Positions 8,077 through 16,401 of a DNA stretch of 32,000 nt are shown here, one piece after another. Each line of letters opens with the position of its first letter. The first letter of the stretch is position 1. This DNA is from Phycisphaera mikurensis NBRC 102666. Its GTDB lineage: Bacteria; Planctomycetota; Phycisphaerae; Phycisphaerales; Phycisphaeraceae. A program made the translations under genes and the position numbers. Where the stretch lies: the NCBI RefSeq assembly GCF_000284115.1, contig NC_017080.1, positions 90,001 to 122,000 of the forward strand, read 5' to 3'. The notes below the pieces were generated by a model. That model searched no databases, was not told where the DNA came from, and saw only the letters and a list, made by a program, of their open reading frames with translations.

Positions 8077-9617
8077 CCCGATCGCTGCCTGACCCCGTCG
8101 CCGCCGCGGCGACCGCCTCGCCGCCCTACCGCACCGGTGACGCCGCCAAGCCAGAGGACGCCCGCCACCTGCCCCGCGTTCCCAGCGGGGTGCCCGGCCT
8201 CGACCAGCTGTTCCGCGGCGGCTTCCCGGCGGAGCGACCCCTGGTCGTCTGCGGCTCGGCGGGCAGCGGCAAGACGGTGCTCTGCTCGCAGTTTCTCTAC
8301 CACGGGGCGGTGCACCACGACGCCCCGGGGGTCTTCGTGAGCTTCGAGGAGCCGCCGGAGTCGCTACGCGAGAACCTGCTGGGCTTCGGCTGGGACGTCG
8401 CGAAGCTCGAGTCCGAAGGCCGCTGGACCTTCGTCGACGGCACGCTCGAAGGCGAGGAGGAGGAGGAGGTCCTCGACGGCGGCTTCAGCCTCGACGGCCT
8501 GCGGGCGCGGGTCCGTCACGCGATCGAGAGAACCGGCGCGAAGCGGGTGGCGATCGATTCGCTCGCCACGCTGTTCATGCGCTTCCCCCACGAGGGCGTC
8601 GTCCGCCGCGAACTGGCCTGCTTCTGCGCGATGATCCGCGACGCGGGGGCCACTTCGCTGCTGACGGCGGAGCTGCAGCACGGCGAGGTCGAGCAGACCC
8701 GCTTCGGCGTCGAGGAATACGTCGGCGACGGCGTGCTGATCCTCCGCCACGACCTCGACGACCTGCAGCAGCGGCACCGCACGCTGGAGGTGGTGAAGCT
8801 GCGGGGCGGCGAGCACGCCACCGGGCGGTTCCCCTTCTCGATCGATCGCTTCCACGGGGTGACCGCCGTCTCGGTGGGGTCGCTCCGCCTGGGGCAGCCC
8901 TCCGGCGGCGAGCGGATCGGCAGCGGGTCCGATGCGCTCGACGAGATGCTCCACGGCGGCTTCTTCCGCGACTCGGTCACGATCGTCGCCGGGGCGACCG
9001 GCACCGGCAAGACGCTCACCGCCACCCAGTTCGTGCACGGAGCTCACCAGGCGGGCGAGCGGGCGGTGTTCCTGGGGTACGAGGAGTCGCGCAGCCAGCT
9101 GGTCCGCAACGCCGGCAGCTGGGGCGTGGACTTCGAGGCGATGGAGAAGCAGGGCAACCTTCGGATCCACTGCCAGTACCCCGAGTCGGCTTCGCTCGCC
9201 CAGCACCTCTCGGGCATCAGCGACCTGCTCGAGGAGTTCCGGCCCCAGCGGCTGGTCATCGACAGCCTCTCGGCCTTCCGCCGCATCGGCAACGAGCACG
9301 CCTTCCGCAGCTTCATGATCAGCCTCACCGCGATCATCAAGGAGCTGCAGATCGCCGGCCTCTACACCGTGACCAGCGACCGGCTGTACGGCGCCCCCGA
9401 AGCGACGACCCAGAACGTCTCCACCCTCACCGACTCCATCATCCTGCTGCGCTACCTGGAGGACGGCGGCTCGGTGAGCCGGGCCATCGGCGTCCTGAAG
9501 ATGCGCGGAAGCGGCCACGACCCGGCCTTCCGCCGCTTCAGCATCTCCGACGGCGGGATGAGCATCTCCGACCCCGTCGACGAGAACGCGCGGCCGCTCT
9601 CCAGCCGCGGCGGCTGA
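8073..9617 (+). CDS. kaiC: KaiC circadian-clock family ATPase/autokinase, duplicated RecA-like domains
   Basis: ATGA overlap with kaiB. Two P-loops (GSAGSGKT, GATGTGKT), EE pairs (VSFEEP, GYEESRSQLVRNAGSWG), phosphoacceptor motif NVSTLTDSIILLRYLE, and MRGSGHDPAFRRFSISD. Confidence 0.95.
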   Translation: MTRSLPDPVAAAATASPPYRTGDAAKPEDARHLPRVPSGVPGLDQLFRGGFPAERPLVVCGSAGSGKTVLCSQFLYHGAVHHDAPGVFVSFEEPPESLRENLLGFGWDVAKLESEGRWTFVDGTLEGEEEEEVLDGGFSLDGLRARVRHAIERTGAKRVAIDSLATLFMRFPHEGVVRRELACFCAMIRDAGATSLLTAELQHGEVEQTRFGVEEYVGDGVLILRHDLDDLQQRHRTLEVVKLRGGEHATGRFPFSIDRFHGVTAVSVGSLRLGQPSGGERIGSGSDALDEMLHGGFFRDSVTIVAGATGTGKTLTATQFVHGAHQAGERAVFLGYEESRSQLVRNAGSWGVDFEAMEKQGNLRIHCQYPESASLAQHLSGISDLLEEFRPQRLVIDSLSAFRRIGNEHAFRSFMISLTAIIKELQIAGLYTVTSDRLYGAPEATTQNVSTLTDSIILLRYLEDGGSVSRAIGVLKMRGSGHDPAFRRFSISDGGMSISDPVDENARPLSSRGG

Positions 9618-9620
9618 TGC

Positions 9621-10844
9621 GTGCGGACCCGGGCACCGGAGAAAGCCCCCCGGGCCCCTCCGGATGCCCCTACCCCATCGTGTAGAATCGGTTCGGCCCG
9701 GCCGCACCCGCCTCCTCCGTTGCCAACCCGCTTGGACGTCGATTTCATCCAGCTCGTGCGCGTGAACGCCGACGGCATGCTCGTGCTCGATGAGCACGGC
9801 ACGATCCGGCACGCGAACCCGGCCGCCGCCCGGCTGCTCGGCCAGCCGGTGGAAGCCCTGCGCGGCGAACCCTTCGGCGTGCCGCTGGCGCCCGAGGAGG
9901 TGGCCGATGGCGAGGAGCCCCTGCCGGTGGAGATCGGCATCCACCGGCCGCGTCACCCCGAGCGGCCGCGGGGGACCGCCCAGCTGCGCTGCGCCCCCTG
10001 CCGCTGGGAGGGCGCCCCCGCGACGCTGGTCAGCCTCCGCGACGTGACCGAGCACAAGGTGCTGGTGGAGGAGCTGCGGACCCGCCAGCGCCGGCTGCGA
10101 ACGCTCTCGGCCGCGCTGCAGCAGGCGCACCTGGTGGAGCAAGCGCGGGTGTCCACGCTCGTCGCGGAGGCGGTGGAGCAGCCGATCCGGGCGGCGCGGG
10201 CGGAGGCCCGGGCCGCCGGCCCCGCCGAGGCGGGCGGCGGCAGAGCCGGCCTCAACGGCTCGGCGCAGCGGATCGTGAACTACCTGGACACGGCCCTGCG
10301 GGCCGCCGCCGAGGCCCGCGAGGAGCTGGCGCCGCCGGCCCTGCACGAGGGCGGCCTGGCGGTGGCGACCCGCTGGCTCGGCGAGCGCTACCGGCAGCGG
10401 CACAACCTCCAGGTGCGGGTCCGCGTGGAGCCCGGGTTCGAGGAGCCCGCGGACGACCGGCTCCGCGGCTTCCTGTTCCTCGCGGTCCGCGAGCTGCTCG
10501 GCAACGTGGTGCAGCACGCCGCGACCCCGCTCGCCGAGGTCGTGCTCGCCCACGACGCGACCCGGGGCCTCCACCGCTTGGAGGTGAGCGACCGCGGCGT
10601 GGGCTACGCCACCACCCGGCCGCACGACCTGGACCGCTCCTCGCGGCGGCCGCTGCGGGGGTTGGGGCTGTTCAATCTGCAGGAGGCGGTGACCCACCGC
10701 GGCGGCGACTTCCGCATCGAGTCCGGCCCCGGCGAGGGCACCCGCGTCAGCCTCCGCGTGCCCTCCGACGCGATGCGGAGCGACCCCGGAGCGGAGGCTT
10801 TCGCTCCGGCGGCGGCGGCGGCCGAGGCGGCGGGCGTGCCTTGA
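9621..10844 (+). CDS. PAS domain protein with NarL-type histidine-kinase-like dimerization region and HATPase_c domain; phosphoacceptor His apparently absent
   Basis: PAS-like VRVNADGMLVLDEHGTIRHANPAAARLLGQPVEALRG; ELAPPALHEGGLAVATRWLGERYRQRHNLQV; RELLGNVVQHA (N box); VSDRGVGY; RGLGLFNLQEAVTHRGGDFRIESGPGEGTRVSL. The true start may be TTG 9720. Confidence 0.8.
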   Translation: MRTRAPEKAPRAPPDAPTPSCRIGSARPHPPPPLPTRLDVDFIQLVRVNADGMLVLDEHGTIRHANPAAARLLGQPVEALRGEPFGVPLAPEEVADGEEPLPVEIGIHRPRHPERPRGTAQLRCAPCRWEGAPATLVSLRDVTEHKVLVEELRTRQRRLRTLSAALQQAHLVEQARVSTLVAEAVEQPIRAARAEARAAGPAEAGGGRAGLNGSAQRIVNYLDTALRAAAEAREELAPPALHEGGLAVATRWLGERYRQRHNLQVRVRVEPGFEEPADDRLRGFLFLAVRELLGNVVQHAATPLAEVVLAHDATRGLHRLEVSDRGVGYATTRPHDLDRSSRRPLRGLGLFNLQEAVTHRGGDFRIESGPGEGTRVSLRVPSDAMRSDPGAEAFAPAAAAAEAAGVP

Positions 10845-12364
10845 GCCCGCGGCCCGCCACGCCCGCCGGGCGGCTGGGCGTGATCCGCCGCTTCCGCCGG
10901 CTGCTCGCCGCCCGCGCGCTGCCGATCGCCCGCCGCGTCGCCGCCGCGTCGCCCGCCCGCCCGCCCGGCGACGCCGGCGCCGCCGAGGTGCTCGCCTCGG
11001 AGGTGCTCCCGCTGCTCGCCGCCGCGCGCTTCCTGGAGAGGGAAGCGCGCTTCTGGCTGCGGCCGCAGAAGCTGGGCACGCGTGGCCGGCCGCTGTGGCT
11101 CACCGGCAGCCGGGCGGTGATCCACCGCGTGCCCCACGGCCTCGTCGCGGTCATCGCCGCCGGCAACTACCCGCTGCTGCTGCCCGGCGTGCAGGTCCTC
11201 CAAGCGCTGGCGGCGGGCAACGACGTGGCGCTCAAGCCGGCCCCGGCCGGGGTCGAGGCCGCGCGCTGGCTGTGCGAGCTGCTCGGCGAGGCGGGGCTGC
11301 CCCCAGGGGCGCTGCGGGTGACCGGCAGCGCGGTGGAGGACGCCGGGCCGCTGCTCAGCGGCCCCGACGCCGCGGACCTCGTGCTGGTGACCGGCGGCGA
11401 GCGGGCCGCCGCCGCCGTGGCCGAGGCCTGCGCGCGGCGGCTGGTGCCCTGCGTCATCGAGGCCTCCGGCTGCGACGCCGCGTTCGTGCTCGCCGGCGCC
11501 GACCTCGGCCTCGCCGCATCCGCGGTCGCCTGGGGGCTCCGCCTCAACGGCTCGCAGACCTGCATCGCCCCGCGCCGCGTGCTCGTCGACGCGGCGGTGG
11601 GCGAGGGGCTCGAGGCCGAGCTGTGCCGCGCGTTGCCCGCGGGGCGGCGCGTGCCGGTGGACCCCGCGGCGATGGCCGCCGCGGCGCCGCGGATCGAGGC
11701 CGCGCTGGCCGCCGGCGCCCGCGCGGTCCGCGGGTCGTGGACGCCCGGCGCGGCCGACGCCGAGCCCTACGTGATCGTCGACGCCGACCCGTCGATGGAG
11801 CTGCTGCGCACCGACAGCTTCGCCCCGGTCACCGCCATCTGCGCGGGCCTCGCCGGCCCCGACGGTCTGGTCGACGCCGACGCGGCGTGCCCGTACGCGC
11901 TGGGCGCCTCGGTCTTCGGCCCCGCCCGCGAGGCCTCCGCGCTGGCGGGCCGGCTCCGCGCCGGCGTCGTCGTGGTCAACGACCTGATCGCCCCCACCGC
12001 CGACCCGCGGCTGCCTTTCGGCGGGACCGGCTCCAGCGGCCACGGCGTCACCCGCGGCGCCGAGGGCCTGATCGCGATGACCCGCCCGCGCGTGCTGATC
12101 CGCCGCGGCGGCGCCTTCCGCCCCCACTACCTCCCGCCCGCCGACGCCGACGCCCCCGCCTTCGCCGCCCTCGCCGCCGGCCTCCACGGCGAGGGACTGC
12201 TCCGCCGCCTCCGGTCGCTGAAGGCGGCGCTGCCGGGGCTCAAAGCCATCGCCGACCGCGGGAAGGCCGCCGGAGGTTCGGGGAGCGGCGCTCCGCTCGC
12301 CACGGAGGACGCGGCGCCCCAGGAGCGCGAAGCGGAGGCAGAGGCTTTCGCGCGTCTCGGCTGA
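10841..12364 (+). CDS. Aldehyde dehydrogenase superfamily protein
   Basis: PHGLVAVIAAGNYPLLLPGVQVLQALAAGNDVALKPAPAG; IEASGCDAAFVLAGADL; RLNGSQTCIAPRRVLVD with catalytic Cys. TTG start overlaps the previous stop (TTGA). Confidence 0.85.
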   Translation: MSPRPATPAGRLGVIRRFRRLLAARALPIARRVAAASPARPPGDAGAAEVLASEVLPLLAAARFLEREARFWLRPQKLGTRGRPLWLTGSRAVIHRVPHGLVAVIAAGNYPLLLPGVQVLQALAAGNDVALKPAPAGVEAARWLCELLGEAGLPPGALRVTGSAVEDAGPLLSGPDAADLVLVTGGERAAAAVAEACARRLVPCVIEASGCDAAFVLAGADLGLAASAVAWGLRLNGSQTCIAPRRVLVDAAVGEGLEAELCRALPAGRRVPVDPAAMAAAAPRIEAALAAGARAVRGSWTPGAADAEPYVIVDADPSMELLRTDSFAPVTAICAGLAGPDGLVDADAACPYALGASVFGPAREASALAGRLRAGVVVVNDLIAPTADPRLPFGGTGSSGHGVTRGAEGLIAMTRPRVLIRRGGAFRPHYLPPADADAPAFAALAAGLHGEGLLRRLRSLKAALPGLKAIADRGKAAGGSGSGAPLATEDAAPQEREAEAEAFARLG

Positions 12365-12452
12365 GTTTTTCGGCGGCCGATGCCCGGGTGCCGAGCATCT
12401 TCGTCGTGCCTCCGCGTCCTCTCGCGATCCGCGGAGCGCTCCCCCGAAGCCG

Positions 12453-12458
12453 TACGTT
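12453..12458 (+). promoter_or_regulatory. Candidate -10 box TACGTT, 7 nt from gltX ATG
   Basis: TACGTT-CTCCGCC-ATG. Confidence 0.45.
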
Positions 12459-12465
12459 CTCCGCC

Positions 12466-13974
12466 ATGCCCGCCGCCTCCAAGCCCGTCGTCACCCGCTT
12501 CGCCCCCTCGCCCACGGGGGAGCTGCACGTGGGCGGGGCCCGCACGGCGCTGTACAGCTGGGCGCTGGCCCGCCGCCACGGGGGCCGGTTCCTGCTGCGC
12601 TTCGAGGACACCGACCTCGCCCGGAGCTCCGCCGCCGCCGCCGACCGCATCCGCGCCGACCTCGCCTGGTTCGGGCTGGACTGGGACAACGAAGGCGGCG
12701 TCGTGCCCCGCCAGAGCGAGCGGCACGCCGCGGGCGTCTACGACGCCGCCGTGGACACGCTGCTGAGCGCGGGCCGGGCGTACGAGCGGGACGGCGCGGT
12801 GCTGTTCCGCTTCGGCTGCGACACCGCGTTCGAGGACGCCGTCTACGGGTGCGTCGAGACGCCGGCCTCCGACAACCGCGACTTCGTGATCCGCAAGGGC
12901 GTCGCCGGCGGCGGCATGCCCACCTTCCACCTCGCCGTCGTCGTCGACGACCACGACGCGGGCGTCACCCACGTCGTCCGCGGCCAGGAGCACCTCAGCA
13001 ACACGCCCAAGCACGCGGCGTTGTGCGACGCCCTGGGCTTCGACCGCCCGGTGTGGGCGCACACGCCGTCGATTCTCAACCCCGGCGGCTCGAAGATGAG
13101 CAAGCGCGACAAGGCCAAGGCCGCCCGCCTCGGCGCCGCGGAGAACCCAAGGCAGGAGCTGGTCGTGCCCGGCGTGACGCCCGACGCGCTCGCCGCCTTC
13201 CTCGCCAAGGACAACGACGACACCGCCATCGCCACCGCCATCGCCGCGGCGCTGGACCTCGCGCTGCCCGCCGTCGAGGTCGCCGACTTCCGCAGGGCCG
13301 GATACCTGCCCGGCGTCGTCGCCAACTACGTCGCCCTGCTGGGCTGGAACCCCGGCGACGGCCGCGAGCGGCTCTCGATGGAAGAGATCGCCCGGGCCTT
13401 CGACCTTGGGCGCGTGAACCGAGCGAACAGCACCTTCGACCGGGCCAAGCTCGCCGCCTTCTCGCAGGACACGCTGATCGCGATGGAGCCGGCCGCCTTC
13501 GCCGCCGCCCTCCGCGACCACCTCGCGGCGTACCGGGCCGGTTTTCTCGCGGCGCTGGGCCTGGAGAAAATCGACGCCTTTGCCGCGCTGTACCAGCAGC
13601 GGGCCGTCACCCTCGACGACCCGGCCTCCGCCGGCCGCTTCTTCGTCGAGCCGCCCGCCGCCTACGACGCCAAGGCCGTCAAGAAGAACCTGACCCGCCA
13701 GGACGGCGCCGGCCTCGCCCACCTCGCCGCCGCCCGCGATGCGCTCGCCGGCGTGGAGACCTTCGACGAGGCCCGCGTGCAGGCGGCGCTCGAGGCGCTC
13801 GCGGCCGAGCGGGAGCTGCCGCACCTGGGCGCCATCGCCCAGCCCCTCCGCGTCGCCCTCACCGGCACCGCCGTCTCCCCGGACATCGCCGCGACCGTCG
13901 CCCTGCTGGGCCGGGAGGAGGTGCTCGCACGCATCGACCGCTGCGTCGAACGCTTCTCGGGCGGTGGGGGTTGA
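12466..13974 (+). CDS. gltX: Glutamyl-tRNA synthetase
   Basis: TRFAPSPTGELHVGGARTALYSWALARRHGGRFLLRFEDTDLARS; SILNPGGSKMSKRDKAK; GWNPGDGRERLSMEEIARAFDLGRVNRANSTFDRAKL. Start corrected to 12466. Confidence 0.95.
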   Translation: MPAASKPVVTRFAPSPTGELHVGGARTALYSWALARRHGGRFLLRFEDTDLARSSAAAADRIRADLAWFGLDWDNEGGVVPRQSERHAAGVYDAAVDTLLSAGRAYERDGAVLFRFGCDTAFEDAVYGCVETPASDNRDFVIRKGVAGGGMPTFHLAVVVDDHDAGVTHVVRGQEHLSNTPKHAALCDALGFDRPVWAHTPSILNPGGSKMSKRDKAKAARLGAAENPRQELVVPGVTPDALAAFLAKDNDDTAIATAIAAALDLALPAVEVADFRRAGYLPGVVANYVALLGWNPGDGRERLSMEEIARAFDLGRVNRANSTFDRAKLAAFSQDTLIAMEPAAFAAALRDHLAAYRAGFLAALGLEKIDAFAALYQQRAVTLDDPASAGRFFVEPPAAYDAKAVKKNLTRQDGAGLAHLAAARDALAGVETFDEARVQAALEALAAERELPHLGAIAQPLRVALTGTAVSPDIAATVALLGREEVLARIDRCVERFSGGGG

Positions 13975-13998
13975 GGGATGGCGAAGGGGGGCCGGGTC

Positions 13999-14107
13999 GC
14001 TTGCGGGGTGGTGATCGCCGGAGGCGACGCCAGCGGGGGCGCGGATCGGCCGCGTGTCCTGCGGACACCCCACCCCGCGAGCGGCGTGGCACCCGCGCAT
14101 CGGCCGC
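13999..14107. repeat. Dispersed intergenic repeat, copy 1
   Basis: gcggggtggtgatcgccggaggcgacgcc...atcggccgcgtgtcctgcggacaccccaccccgcgagcggcgtggcaccc. Matches the reverse complement of 31558-31680 with few mismatches. Confidence 0.75.
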
Positions 14108-14114
14108 TCGGAAA

Positions 14115-14837
14115 TCAAGTGGAAGGCGTAGGAACCTCCGGCACCCCGCCGAAGCGGCGGACGCGGCCGTGGAAGCTCGCGAAGGCGGCCGCGAGGGCGG
14201 CGTTGTCGAAATCGGGCCAGAGGGTGTCGGTGACGTAGAGCTCCGCGTACGACAGCTGCCACAGCAGGAAATTGGACAGCCGCATCTCCCCGGCGGTGCG
14301 GATGAGCAGGTCGGGATCGGGCAGGCCGGCGGTGGTCAGCTCCGCCGAGAAGGCGGCCTCGTCGATCGCCGCCGGGTCCAGGCCGCCCGCCACCGCCCGG
14401 CGGGCGAGCGTGCGTGCCGCCGCGACGATCTCCGCCCGGCTGCCGTAGTTGATCGCGAGGCACAGCGTCATCGCGTCGTTGGCCGCCGTCGCCTCCTCCA
14501 CCTCGGCGAAGGCGTCGAGCACCTCGGCGGGAAGCCCCTCCCGGGCGCCGAGCCGGCGCAGCCGGATCCCGTTCGCCTGGAACAGCGGCAGCTCGCTGGC
14601 GAGGTACGCCACGCACAGCCGCATGAGGTGGTGCACCTCCTCCTTCTCGCGGGCCCAGTTCTCCGTGGAGAACGAGTACAGCGAGACCGCCTCCACCCCC
14701 AGCTCGCGGCACCGCGTCACCAGCGGCCGCACCGCCTCCACCCCCGCCGTGTGCCCCGCCGACCGCGGCTTGCCCCTGGAGGTCGCCCAACGCCCGTTGC
14801 CGTCCATGATCACCGCGAGGTGACGGGGGATGCTCAT
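14115..14837 (-). CDS. uppS: Isoprenyl transferase (undecaprenyl diphosphate synthase family)
   Basis: MSIPRHLAVIMDGNGRWATSRGKPRSAGHTAGVEAVR...LYSFSTENWAREKEEVHHLM...PDLLIRTAGEMRLSNFLLWQLSYAELYVTDTLWPDF. Confidence 0.95.
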   Translation of the reverse strand: MSIPRHLAVIMDGNGRWATSRGKPRSAGHTAGVEAVRPLVTRCRELGVEAVSLYSFSTENWAREKEEVHHLMRLCVAYLASELPLFQANGIRLRRLGAREGLPAEVLDAFAEVEEATAANDAMTLCLAINYGSRAEIVAAARTLARRAVAGGLDPAAIDEAAFSAELTTAGLPDPDLLIRTAGEMRLSNFLLWQLSYAELYVTDTLWPDFDNAALAAAFASFHGRVRRFGGVPEVPTPST

Positions 14838-14962
14838 CGTTGGGGCCTCGGCGGCGGGTTGCGGGTCGGGTCGCTGCGCGCCATCGCACGCCCTCCAACC
14901 CCCGGGATCTGCGTTCATCTGCGCCATGCCTCGGTTCCGGGACAGCTCCAGACGCGGCCGCC

Positions 14963-16330
14963 TCACGCGAAGATCGTCTGGTCGCGCCGCGGGCCGACCG
15001 AGGCCAGCGTCACCGGCACGCCGACGGCCTCGCTGATGAACGCCAGGTACCCACGGGCCGCCGCCGGGAGCTCGGCCATCGAGCGGCAGCCGGTGACGTC
15101 CTCGCCGAAGCCCGGCAGCGTCTTAAGCACCGGCTCCACGCGGCCCAGCGCGTCGGCGTCGGCGGGGTAGCCGCGGACCTCGGCACCGCTGGCACGGTCG
15201 ACGTACCCCGTGCACACCCGCAGCTCGGGCAGCCCGGCGAGCACGTCGAGCAGCATCACGGCCAGGCCGGTCGTGCCCGTGAGGCGGACGCTGTACCGCA
15301 GCGCGGCGAGGTCGAGCCAGCCGACGCGCCGCGGCCGGCCGGTGGTCGTGCCGTACTCCCGGCCGACCTCGCGGATGCGGTCGCCGGTGGCGTCGAGCAG
15401 CTCGGTGGGGAAGGGGCCGCCGCCGACGCGGGTCTGGTAGGCCTTCACCACGCCGAGGACGTGGGGCACGCGGTGGCCGGCCACGCCGGCGCCGGGGTGC
15501 AGGCCGAGGCTCGAGCAGTTCGAGCTGGTGATGTACGGGAAGGTGCCGTGGTCGACGTCGAGCAGCGTGGCGTTGGCGCCCTCGAAGAGCACCTCCTCGC
15601 CGGCGTCCATCTTCTCGTGCAGCAGGAACGAGGCGTCGCAGAGGTGCGGCGCGAGCGCTTCGGCGAGGGGGCGCAGCCAGTCGACGAGGACGCCGACGTC
15701 GACCGGCTCGTGCTCCACGCCCGCGAGGGCGGCCAGCCCCGCGAGCGTGGCCTCCTTCATCGGGCCGATCGCGTGGAGCTTCTCCGCGAGCGTGTCCACG
15801 TCCAGCAGCTCGCCGGCCCGCACGGCCGGGGCCCGCAGCGCCTTGTCGGCATAGGCGGGGCCGATGCCGCGGCCGGTCGTCCCGATGGCCCGGCCGACGC
15901 TCTGCATCGCCGCCTCCTGCAGCCGGTCCTGGGCCTTGTGCCAGGGCAGCACGAGGTGGGCCCGGTCCGAGATCTTCAGGTTCTTAGGCGTCACCGTCAG
16001 CCCCGCCTCCCGCAGGCCCGCGACCTCCCCGAGCAGCTTCTCGGGGTCGATGACCACGCCGTTGCCCAGCACGTTCACGGCGCGGCCGTGCAGGATGCCC
16101 GAGGGGATCAGGTGCAGCGCGTAGCGGCGGTCGCCGACCTCCACCGAGTGGCCGGCGTTCGCCCCGCCGTTGTAGCGCACCACCGCGTCGTACGAGCCGG
16201 CGAGCAGGTCGACGACCTTGCCTTTGCCCTCGTCGCCCCATTGCAGCCCGACGACGGCGGCGTTGCCCGCCGGCAGCGGGCGGTCGGCCGGGGCGGCGGC
16301 TTCGGGGGCAGTCGGGGCGTTCGCGCTCAT
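14963..16330 (-). CDS. purA: Adenylosuccinate synthase
   Basis: NAAVVGLQWGDEGKGKVVDLLAGSYDAVVRYNGGANAGHSVEVGDRRYALHLIPSGILH...TTGRGIGPAYADKALR...GTFPYITSSNCSSLGLHPGAGV. Confidence 0.96.
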   Translation of the reverse strand: MSANAPTAPEAAAPADRPLPAGNAAVVGLQWGDEGKGKVVDLLAGSYDAVVRYNGGANAGHSVEVGDRRYALHLIPSGILHGRAVNVLGNGVVIDPEKLLGEVAGLREAGLTVTPKNLKISDRAHLVLPWHKAQDRLQEAAMQSVGRAIGTTGRGIGPAYADKALRAPAVRAGELLDVDTLAEKLHAIGPMKEATLAGLAALAGVEHEPVDVGVLVDWLRPLAEALAPHLCDASFLLHEKMDAGEEVLFEGANATLLDVDHGTFPYITSSNCSSLGLHPGAGVAGHRVPHVLGVVKAYQTRVGGGPFPTELLDATGDRIREVGREYGTTTGRPRRVGWLDLAALRYSVRLTGTTGLAVMLLDVLAGLPELRVCTGYVDRASGAEVRGYPADADALGRVEPVLKTLPGFGEDVTGCRSMAELPAAARGYLAFISEAVGVPVTLASVGPRRDQTIFA

Positions 16331-16401
16331 GGGGGTCGCGACTCTAAAGAGCGCGGGGCGCTGCGGCGACCCGGGCCCGCCCCGGGCTCGTAATCTGGGG
16401 C

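Noticed and set aside
12127-14898. 923-aa - strand ORF (and 11095-12465 part of the + strand ORF before gltX)
   Set aside because: Overlaps well-supported ALDH, gltX and uppS coding; Arg/Gly-rich shadow ORF. The gltX start is corrected to 12466.
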